DNA of 64,000 bases, taken from Naegleria gruberi. Its lineage: Eukaryota. Below, piece after piece: positions 55,136 to 64,000 of this stretch. Both the position numbers and the translations under genes were made by a program. Position 1 is the first letter of the stretch. Each line of letters starts with the position of its first letter. Below the pieces are notes generated by a model. It did not search any database and had not been told where the DNA came from. It worked only from the letters and a program-made list of their open reading frames with translations. The stretch lies in the NCBI GenBank assembly GCA_000004985.1, contig GG738849.1, one strand, 5' to 3'.

Positions 55136-57610
55136 ATGGGAGAGCTTATTGGGACCAGTATTTCCATTGAGGAATTTTTATTGATGGAAGGAGCGCATGC
55201 AACTACAGCTCTATCGGGATTACAATCCATTAATTTTGAAGCCATGTTGGAGGAGATTGATAAACGAATTGTGGAGGTGAATAAACAGTTGGATCAAACC
55301 AGTATTGTATTACCTGTAGATAATGGTAGGTGTTGTAGAAGATTTATGTGTGAGCTGTAACTATTCCTAATTTGATAAAAGATACAAAACCTAGACAGTA
55401 TAGTGATAAGGAGTTTTTGGAGGATTTAATTGTAATAATGAGATATTATCAGGAAACTGATTTATTTTCGAGTATGAATGTATTGCAAAAGATTGGAATT
55501 TTAAAAGAGGATTTTAAATACCGATGTTCGAGAGTTTTTAGAGATGAAAGATATAGGTTGGCTCCCCCTTTGGAATTGAATAATAGAAAGACTTTTGATA
55601 CAGAGTTTGAATTGGAGGAGGAAATTAATACATTTATTTATGCTATGGTTGCCTATCAAGTGAATGGAATATCTGATACACACCCAAAAAAAGATATGGA
55701 TAGGCGAAAACTATTGCTCTTGAATCTTTCATTGTCAATTGATTCAAGGGAGTTAAAGGAATTTGTAAGTGGGTTGTTAACTAATTGATCACCTTAATTA
55801 TTCCAATAGTACTATTCCCTTCGAGAAAAGGAAATTGCAGATTATGTGCCTTCTCTATCGACCGATGTAAAGCAACTGAATCTGGACATTTTCTTCAAGT
55901 TATCGAGAGATTTACTTTCCGTGATCAGAGAAGATTTTTCAATCACTTCAGAGGTGATAGATAATGAGTTTCTTATTGAAATGTTTGTATCACTGTATCT
56001 TAACAAGTATACAATAATGCTGGGTGATATTTGTTTGGATGTTGCTGAGAGTTTATATAATCATAAGGTGTCCTCAATAATGCCAAATATTATTGAAATA
56101 TTCGAGTTGGCGCTTGACTTTCAAGAAAATGTTTCAAATCTAATCAATAAGAAAAAAGGGAAGTCAAAGAAACAAGAGCAACAATTGTCTATATCTGTTC
56201 CTAAACAAGTGGATTTCTCCTTTGGTTCAAAAACCTTCATATTCGGATATGATAATTTTGTTTCATCCACTCTTAATGGAATTACAGTTGAAATAGTGTT
56301 CATATTGGGAGAGGTTTGTAATGGATTATTTGGAAAGGAAATTTCATTTGAGAGCTTTACCAAGAGTAACGAGCATCCAATCCTCAAGGATGTGAAATCC
56401 TTGATGGATAAGTTGACTCACATTATTACAATGTTCTCAAAACATGGACTTACGGATTTCAAAAATAATATTCTGAAGAAAATTTGTTACGGATTTTCAG
56501 TGTTGTTGGGGAAATTTGATGAATTTCTTTTCAAGAGTGATTTCGATCCGAAATTATTGAAGAACTTATGTAAGTAATCTAATACTGTAACTTCGTCTTA
56601 ACCTGTTCAAAGATGTTGCCTACTCTACATTATTGTACTGTTGTGACTCTGTGAGCTATTTTGGTGCATTGTACAATGAAACAATTGAGCATTGTGTGGA
56701 GGAAAAAACCTTTGATTTTACCCAAATGAATAACTTTTACAGGGAAAAATCAAAAACATTTAGGGATTTCATAATCGAGTATCATAGTAGTATAATTTCA
56801 TTATATTGTGTACCAGATGTTAGGTATCAAATGGATTGGGATACTCATAGAAAATTCTTGAATGATGATAGGTGTAGTTATGGTATCCAGATGTGGAATT
56901 ACTATATGAAATCGACTTGTAAAGAGCTCTTCAAAAGTATTCCTGACTACTTTGCCAGCGACTTGTTCAGTGAATTACTCTTCAATTCAGCAAAGGCATG
57001 GAATGAAACGTATTCCAACATTTTCCCAACAACCAAGAAGAAATCATTGCAATTTAGAAATGACATCAGCTTCTTAATCATGTATATAAGGTCATTTAGA
57101 GGAGTTTTAGATTCCAAATTTGAAAAGTCAATTAACAGGGAATGCTTAAAATTACTAGTTTACATGGCAATACTCTGTGCGCCATTTCCAGCAATTAAAA
57201 CATTTCTGCAAAGTATTGAAACTAAGGAAGGGAATCTGCTTTCTGCTAGATTCGTTGTAATCTACCAACAGTCCAAACCAGTCAAGTATATTAAGGGGAT
57301 ACCAATTCTGGTATGGAATTCTCCTAAATTCAATCCTATGTTTGAATTTGATCACTTAATAGAATATAACCGAATAGGAAATGAATCTAATGTAGGAACC
57401 AACGAAATTGATTTCTCCGAGGTTAAGAATGTTTCCTTTGACTTTCCAATACTGTTACACGGATACTACGTGTTTGGCATGTCAATACTTTCACTATGTA
57501 ATAGAATATTACTGAGATGTGAGTATAACGATAATGATTACCCTCCTCCAAGTGATGAAGAGAAAGTGATGCGAGAGGATATTAAAGGCATAATAGCCAC
57601 ACTAAAGTAA
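55136..57610 (+). CDS. hypothetical protein (about 776 aa), function unknown
   Basis: Four exons: 55136..55325, 55382..55764, 55810..56569, 56613..57610. Donors GTAGGT, GTAAGT, GTAAGT; introns 43-56 nt. Each junction restores the downstream track ORF frame. A-rich ATG context. TAA stop. Confidence 0.55.
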
Positions 57611-57611
57611 A

Positions 57612-58466
57612 TTATTGAAATTCTTTCACTTTTTCATCAAATAAATGTTCATAATATGATATGTCATCACATTGAGAGACAGACTTTAAAATATCCTTCT
57701 TGAGGTCTGATAGCTTTTTGGCGTGTTCCTTCTTGATTAAATTATGTTGGATTAAATGTGATGTTTTTTTTCTCAATGAATCATCCAACTGTTTTTTAAA
57801 AGATTGTTCGTTTTGTCTCTGGCTCTCTTCTTTCATTTCTTGTTTCATTTTGTTTAAATCTTGTAATGGTTTGGCTAGTGGGAATAGATCAATAATTTTA
57901 GAAGAAATACTATCCATTTCAGAAAAATTATCTGTATCATATTCCATGTAAATGATATTATCACTGAATGAAGATTTTCCATATTCAAACCTTATATTCA
58001 TAGATCGAATAATATCTTCTCCAACTGGTTGACTACGTTTTGCATCTCTTTCAATGCAAGTTTCCACATTGCATTTCAAAATTATTTGTATGTGAGCAAT
58101 AGTAAATTCTTGACAAATTTGCACAAATTCATGTCTCATACTTTTATAATAGAAATTATCATCCAAAATAATTATTTTCCATCCACTCTTCACAATACAT
58201 TTAAATTCATTAATGGTTTTAATTGTTTGTTTATAAATTAAATTTCTAGACTTTTTCCACTTTTCCGAAGTAAATCCACCATCCTCCAACTCTTCATTCA
58301 AAACCTCATCATAACAAAATAATTTACACTCCATCCGAATATCTTCCAAATAGGTTTGAATTTTCTTACACAGACTCGTCTTTCCACAAGCTGGCAATCC
58401 TCCAATCATCACCAAAATTACTCCATCATTCACTTCCCCACAACCCTCGCCAGCAATGTCTTGCAT
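57612..58466 (-). CDS. O-phosphoseryl-tRNA(Sec) kinase (PSTK)-like P-loop kinase
   Basis: ORF 57612..58505 with the first ATG at 58466 (aaaaaaaATG context). Walker A VMIGGLPACGKTSL. The 'IILDDNFYYKSMRHEFVQICQ' block is near-identical to the PSTK signature (LVLDDNFYYQSMRYEVYQLAR). TAA stop. Confidence 0.7.
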   Translation of the reverse strand: MQDIAGEGCGEVNDGVILVMIGGLPACGKTSLCKKIQTYLEDIRMECKLFCYDEVLNEELEDGGFTSEKWKKSRNLIYKQTIKTINEFKCIVKSGWKIIILDDNFYYKSMRHEFVQICQEFTIAHIQIILKCNVETCIERDAKRSQPVGEDIIRSMNIRFEYGKSSFSDNIIYMEYDTDNFSEMDSISSKIIDLFPLAKPLQDLNKMKQEMKEESQRQNEQSFKKQLDDSLRKKTSHLIQHNLIKKEHAKKLSDLKKDILKSVSQCDDISYYEHLFDEKVKEFQ

Positions 58467-58522
58467 TTTTTTTTGTAAACTCTTTTTCTCTTCAAAGGAT
58501 TTCAAATCTATTTTTATAAAAA

Positions 58523-60939
58523 ATGATCACTTGCCGAACTGCAAATAAATTTTTCTTAAACAAAAAAACAAAATTTCTCCCTTCGCAGTCGTCCTTGTTC
58601 GGAATCAATAGACAACAGCAACAGAGAAGATTTGTACATCAATCCTGTAATAATAATAGTAACAATATAAAATATAACACGAGAATGCCATCTTGGAATT
58701 ATCCTCAAGCTTTTAGAGATGAATCAGCCATTGATACTTATCAGAGTGAAACAAGAGGGGAGGTAAAAGTTGCTGATCCATATCGTTGGTTGGAAGAACC
58801 ATACAGTGAAAAGACAAAGGAATGGGTTTCTCAACAAGTTGATCTTTTTTCAAAATATATGATGGAAGAAGGAATTGAAGAAAAGGTTGGAGCTACAAGA
58901 GAAGAATTGGTTGATCAACTTACAAAAATGGTTAATTTTGAAAAAGTTGGATGTCCATTCAAGAGAGGTAAAGGTGACTTGACTGGATATTATTATTTCA
59001 AAAATGATGGTTTACAAAATCAAGACGTCATGTGGGTCAGAAGATCACTTGAATCAGATGAAGCTGAAGTATTCGTTGATCCTAATACATTCTCTGCTGA
59101 TGGTACTTCTTCAATTAGAAGTAGTGCTTTCACTAAGAATGGCGACTATTATGCTTATGGTTTAAGTGAAAAGGGAAGCGACTGGCAAACTATTAAGGTT
59201 ATGGATGTCAAGACTAAGGAACACTTACCTGATTCTATTAAGTTCTGTAAATTTACTTCAATTTCTTGGACTCATGATTCTAAGGGTTTCTTCTACACCA
59301 GATATCCAGAACCAAAGTCATCTGTTGAAAGTTTGGGATCTGAAGTTGACCCCAATGAAAATTCCAAACTCTACTATCACAAATTGGGAACTAGTCAACT
59401 TGAAGATATTTTAATTTATGGTGACAGGAGCCAACCAAAGTGGATGTTTGGAGGTTTTGTTTCTGATGATGGATTGTACTTGATTATTACTGTCAGTGAA
59501 AGCACTGCACCTGTAAATAGACTCTTCTTTACAAAGGTTTATAAGAATGATGAAATTGGAGGAGAATTGGCATTCGAAAAAGTTGATCCAAATGACAGTG
59601 AATCACCAATCAAAGTTGTTAAATATATTGATAACTTTGATGCTGAATATGATTATATTACCAATGAGGGAACCATGTTCTACTTTAAGACCAACTTGAA
59701 TGCTCCAAACTCAAAGGTCATTTACGTTGATGTCAACAAGCCATACACTGAAATGAAGGAATTAATTCCTGAAACTGAGGATCCAATGAGCATTGCCAGT
59801 ATTGGTAATAATGATTGCATCATTGCAAATTATGTACATAACGTTCAAGATGTTTTAAAGTTCTACAACCTTTCAACTGGAGAATATATCAATGATATTC
59901 AATTGCCTGCAGTTGGTTCAGTAGCAAGTATTTCAGCCAAAAAGGAAGACTCAATCCTCTTTTACAAGTTTGTTTCTTTCAATCACCCAGGTACAGTCTA
60001 CAAGTATGATTTCAACACAAAGGAAACATCAGTTTTTTATCAGACCAAGACTAGTGATCTAGTTCCTTCACCTGACTCTATTGAAGTCAAGCAAGAATGG
60101 TATACCTCAAAGGATGGTACACAAGTTCCAATGTTTATTGTCCATCAAAAGGAGGGATTTGAAAAGAATGGTAATAACCCAACATGGCTCTACGGATATG
60201 GTGGTTTTTCAATTTCACTTCAACCATCCTTCAGTGTAATGAGACTCTTTTGGATCAAATACTTTGGTGGTATTGTAGCCATTCCAAACTTGAGAGGAGG
60301 AAATGAAATTGGTGGTGAAAAGTGGCACGAACAAGGTATTCTCGACAGAAAGCAAAACGTTTTTGACGACATGATTGCTGCAGCTGAATATCTTATTAAG
60401 GAAGGGTATACTTCTCCAGCCAGAATTGCCTTAAACGGTGGATCTAACGGTGGACTTTTAGTCTCTGCAGTAGTTAACCAAAGACCTGACCTAATCCGTG
60501 TCGGTGTTCCAATGGTTGGTGTTCTTGACATGCTTAAGGTAAGTTTTATAATTGATTATTTTTCTAATGAAATTTCTAGTTCCACACTTGGACTATTGGC
60601 CATGCTTGGTGTAGTGATTACGGCTGTTCCAGTGATCCAAAAGGTTTCGATTATTTGAGTGCTTATAGTCCACTTCACAATATTAAGCCTCAAAAGTATC
60701 CAGCCGTGTTGGTAACAACAGCCAATCATGACGATAGAGTCGTTCCTCACCACTCTTTCAAGTATACTGCCCAACTTCAACATGTAGCAGGACCTGTAAA
60801 CGAATCTCCATTGTTGTGCAGAATTGAAGTTAATGCTGGCCATGGAGCTGGCAAGTCTTTGGCAATGTCAATTAGGGAAATGGTTGATGTTTACATGTTC
60901 GCTGCAGCTAATATGGGAGTCAAGTACACCAAGAAATAA
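58523..60939 (+). CDS. prolyl oligopeptidase (S9A family)
   Basis: Exons 58523..60538 and 60580..60939; the intron is 41 nt, GTAAGT..TCTAG. N-terminal beta-propeller and a catalytic domain with GGSNGGLL (Ser), DDRV (Asp) and GHGAGK (His) motifs collinear with PREP. 54-aa basic N-terminal extension before the 'MPSWNYPQAFRDE' core. TAA stop. Confidence 0.8.
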
Positions 60940-61431
60940 AAATAAGTAAACATTGTACTCTTCACCTCAATAAAATACATCATATTGGCAGAGGAATCTG
61001 ATTGAACTAATCTTGACTAAACCTTAAATTGTAGCAAATTCTTCTGTCTGAATCATTCTTAAATGATTAATTCTTTCATTCTAGAGCAGGTATGATTCAA
61101 CAAATGTTCAAAAGCAAATAGTTCCTTCTACTAACAGAAAAAAGGTAACAAATCCGAATATACGGTAACTGACCATTCAGATGCAATCATTATTCATACC
61201 AAACGTACCACCATATATCTATTGGATGTATCACACCAATCATGGGATGCCAATATCTTTGTGTTGATGTTTAACATATTGGTCTTTATAATTTGTATGG
61301 ATGGAGTAACTTTCCTTCCTTGATAAATGTCCACAACCAATATTATCCACAAGTCAAAAGCGACAACTGTTGAGATTCTCTAAATAGTATAAATAGTAGG
61401 ATGGTATCAATAAGAGTTTAAACGAAACAAC

Positions 61432-62982
61432 ATGAACTCATTGACAAGAATATGTGGAAAGAAACAAACAACTTTTTCACACATTCAAAAAAAAACAATG
61501 ACAAGCATTGACACAAGCCAACATGTGTCCTATGAATTGAAAGTTGTCTCACCCAATACATGTACCACCACTATTGACATCACTGAAGTCAATAACAACA
61601 ACAACCAACAATATTTAACAAAGAGAGATTCAATTCACAAGCAAAAATCACTTCCATCCTCATTGAAAACACCCCGTTCATCCTCTGTTACCAAATTCTA
61701 TAATAGAGCTTTCAAAATTCATACATGTTGTGGTGTAATGGAGCTTAACTGCCTCAAGATGACTAGCATGCTAGCTTTATTCGTTAGTTTAATTGCCTTT
61801 TGCTTATTGATGGCAGCTGTGGCATTTAACTATTCAGTTGTCGATAACTTGTACTCGAATATAGGGGCCTTGCAAACAGATGCCACCTACTATAGAGATT
61901 TGATGAAACTCTCATGCAGAGTATCTGTCGTTTCAGAATATAATCGAACTTTGGCGCTGGAATATGCCGATCTATTCATGACCTATCATGACAAGTATTA
62001 TGAAGTACTCAATGTTTTACTTGTTTCAGTACCTGAAGATGTAGTCTATTCTAAGAGAAATAACATGAGCAGAGAGGATGTGAGATCGAGAAAAGCTGTC
62101 AAGGAAGAGCTGTCAGTAATAGAGATGGTCAGGGCATCCAATTATTCACAAGCCATCACCATACTCGATTCACCATTATATCAATACTATTTAGCAGGTT
62201 ATCCTGAAGAAATTCAACCAGTTTTGGATTATGTTATTAATATGCAAGAAGTGGTTGAAGAGGAAGATTTGGGCACAACTCTGGCCTCTCTCATTATTCT
62301 GGTCGTGTCAATGGTCATTGTCGTGCCAGTGTTGATTGCGTATATTGTGCTTTCGGTAAGGAAAGATACAACTAAGGAGAAGCAATTGAGACAAGTGAGA
62401 AAGTACATGCTGATGGATACAATCAATGATTCGGCACTTTGTGAGAAATTCAAAGAATTTTGCAAGATTGAAAGAAGTGAAGAAAACTTTGCAGTTCTGG
62501 AAAAGATTAACGATTACAAAAAGTTGTGTGAAAAGAGCTTTGACATTCAAGTTTTCTTATTTGACACTGACATTTTGAGTGGCTCTGATCAATTTTCTGA
62601 AACAACAACCACCACAAGTAATGAAGATTCATCTAAAAAGAAGAAGAATATTAAGAAGGGCTTTACTGAGAAGGATTTATCCGATATTGAAAAGAGAAAG
62701 TTTGAAATTGCATTCGAAATTCACACTGACTTTTTAGATGTGAGAGGTGAACGATCTGTCAATACCAGCAAACAAGTTGCTGATAATGTGAAACAATTTT
62801 TGGATTATTTTGCAAAGGGAGAGAATGAATCTCTTCCTGAAAATTTATTCGAAATTGTGGAAACTGAAATGTGTGTCTTGATGATGGATACTCATCGCAG
62901 ATTTAAGATATTTGTCGAACAACAATTGAAGGAAAAGAGGAAAATCCTTTCTACCATTAAGAGAAAAATTGATAAGAAATGA
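61432..62982 (+). CDS. two-TM membrane protein with C-terminal RGS domain
   Basis: ATG at 61432 with a TATAAATAG box about 40 bp upstream (61387-61396). Hydrophobic segments at about aa 112-135 and 290-315. RGS-like region (…DSALCEKFKEFCKIERSEENFAVLEKINDYKKL…FEIAFEIHTDFL…). This is the only gene here that ends with TGA (62980-62982). Confidence 0.65.
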   Translation: MNSLTRICGKKQTTFSHIQKKTMTSIDTSQHVSYELKVVSPNTCTTTIDITEVNNNNNQQYLTKRDSIHKQKSLPSSLKTPRSSSVTKFYNRAFKIHTCCGVMELNCLKMTSMLALFVSLIAFCLLMAAVAFNYSVVDNLYSNIGALQTDATYYRDLMKLSCRVSVVSEYNRTLALEYADLFMTYHDKYYEVLNVLLVSVPEDVVYSKRNNMSREDVRSRKAVKEELSVIEMVRASNYSQAITILDSPLYQYYLAGYPEEIQPVLDYVINMQEVVEEEDLGTTLASLIILVVSMVIVVPVLIAYIVLSVRKDTTKEKQLRQVRKYMLMDTINDSALCEKFKEFCKIERSEENFAVLEKINDYKKLCEKSFDIQVFLFDTDILSGSDQFSETTTTTSNEDSSKKKKNIKKGFTEKDLSDIEKRKFEIAFEIHTDFLDVRGERSVNTSKQVADNVKQFLDYFAKGENESLPENLFEIVETEMCVLMMDTHRRFKIFVEQQLKEKRKILSTIKRKIDKK

Positions 62983-63034
62983 GCTCATTGTCACTACTCA
63001 AATAAAGTTGCCGAATCTCAATCACAGAAAAAAA

Positions 63035-64000
63035 ATGAAACAAGCTCTTCTTGAAAAATTGCGCACCTCTAATCTCATTGACAGCTCTCTTCTTCAACAA
63101 TTGATCCACTCGGAAATTGAAGTCATCACAGAGAGCAGGAATTTCGTTTATCATTTCAAACCTAAACTTGAAGAAGTCCTCATTCATTTTCAAGTTAATC
63201 GATAGACAAATTAGTAATCCGCTTGGAAATGTTGAGTGTATGCTCTACACTATTTTGGCAAATCAAGAATTACCACTTCCAAAATGTTTTCAAGTTGGTT
63301 CACTTGAGATTAATTCCAAAAAATTTGATTTTTTGATTTTGGAGTTTGTGAAGGGGAAAACGTTATTGGAAGCTTTAAATTCCAATATGCTTGAGTTAAA
63401 AGAGGAAGATGATGATATTCTCTCAAATTTAATGAAGGATTGTGTTGAAATTTGTGGAAAATTGCGAAATATTCCAGTGAAGGGTTTTGGACCTCTTGTT
63501 GAAGAGAACAGTTCAACCAATTTGAGAGGAAAATTCGAAACTTATTCAGAGTTTATTTCTCACACCATCAAGGAACAGAAATTTCTATTGAGCAAAATGG
63601 ACCCATCTAGAGGGCAGATATTAGAAGAAGGAATGCAACAATTGGAAGATTTCTTTTCAGAACCTCAAAATTCATTCCAAATTCTTTCCAATCAAAAAAG
63701 TTCTCTGACTATTGTTGATGTAAATCCAGCAAATTTCATCATTTCCTATCCGTCTCAAAGTATTGTCATGATTGATTTGGAAGTTCTTGTTGGGGCCAAT
63801 GAATTATTTGTGATGGGAAGTTGGATGGCCAATCTGTATGGAACTAGAGCATACTCACACTTCCGAAAGCATTGGGGATTTACTATGGTGAAACAAGAAG
63901 AAACTCTCTGTATAGCATTTGGATTGTTAAGAATTCTAAATATCATGATTCATTTGGGGTTAAATACAGAATTGGATTTGGAAGATATCAAACCATTCGG
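63035..64000 (+). CDS. fructosamine-3-kinase-like (FN3K/APH-fold kinase), frame-disrupted, 3'-partial at window end
   Basis: ATG at 63035 (cacagaaaaaaaATG). N-terminus MKQALLEKLRTSNL… aligns with the FN3K N-terminus MEQLLRAELRTATL…. Frame 0 stops at TAG 63203-63205 (…HFQVNR*). The +1 frame continues RQISNPLGNVECMLYTIL…LILEFVKG…VDVNPANFII…IDLE…, matching FN3K (…VKVNRRTQARQMFEGEVASLEAL…), to the window edge. Confidence 0.65.

Noticed and set aside
1-64000. ORF-track start codons and 'M' residues
   Set aside because: Many track ORFs begin at GTG or TTG (for example 2597 GTG, 4096 TTG, 20367 GTG) and are translated as M. In a eukaryote these are not initiation sites. I re-anchored starts at the first in-frame ATG or at inferred upstream exons.
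1-64000. CRISPR arrays, rRNA genes, prophage or operon-like systems
   Set aside because: There are no direct-repeat/spacer arrays and no rRNA-like conserved blocks. Gene structure, with spliceosomal introns and A-rich ATG contexts, is eukaryotic nuclear.

Overview
This window is a compact, AT-rich (about 33% GC) eukaryotic nuclear region carrying about 35 protein-coding genes in 64 kb and three identical tRNA-Gln(UUG) genes. Genes sit on both strands with short intergenic spacers. Introns are spliceosomal and very short (41-101 nt, mostly 41-63 nt), GT..AG, with GTAAGT, GTATGT, GTGAGT and GTAGGT donors. ATG contexts are A-rich (aaaaaATG), and of 28 stop codons I checked 24 are TAA.

The ORF track calls 'M' at GTG and TTG alternative starts, so I re-derived start codons and exon structures by hand. 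My coordinates may be off by one base in places.

Recognisable products:
- Elongation factor-like GTPase 1 (EFL1, also called Ria1).
- Three membrane proteins with a regulator of G-protein signalling (RGS) domain; two are in tandem.
- A TRIP12/UFD4-type HECT E3 ubiquitin ligase.
- A protein tyrosine phosphatase.
- A six-exon MAP2K-like protein kinase.
- Two F-box proteins and an F-box/LRR-like protein.
- A secreted intradiol ring-cleavage dioxygenase-like protein.
- Proteasome subunit alpha type-1 (PSMA1).
- An alpha/beta-hydrolase.
- Two tandem squalene monooxygenase genes.
- Complex I PSST/NDUFS7 (PSST subunit).
- A fungal-type Zn(II)2Cys6 transcription factor.
- An ARL6-like small GTPase.
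- A p24/TMED cargo receptor.
- CutC.
- An MRJP/yellow-family protein.
- A hemerythrin-like protein with a mitochondrial presequence.
- A Ras-like GTPase with ankyrin repeats.
- O-phosphoseryl-tRNA(Sec) kinase (PSTK).
- Prolyl oligopeptidase.
- A fructosamine-3-kinase (FN3K)-like protein.

The gene content, codon bias, tRNA duplications and A-rich start contexts are most consistent with an amoebozoan (dictyostelid-like) or similar AT-rich protist. I cannot assign the lineage from sequence alone.

No CRISPR arrays, rRNA genes or clear transposons were found.

The most notable signals are two conserved genes (PSMA1 and the FN3K-like gene) whose reading frame continues in the +1 frame exactly at an in-frame stop codon (CTA-TAA-A and CGA-TAG-A). 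There is also a -1 frame break in one squalene monooxygenase copy and an in-frame TGA splitting an F-box/LRR-like gene. Other points are micro-exons of 5 nt and 15 nt, catalytic-residue substitutions in EFL1 and two small GTPases, and a convergent tRNA-Gln pair with conserved flanks.
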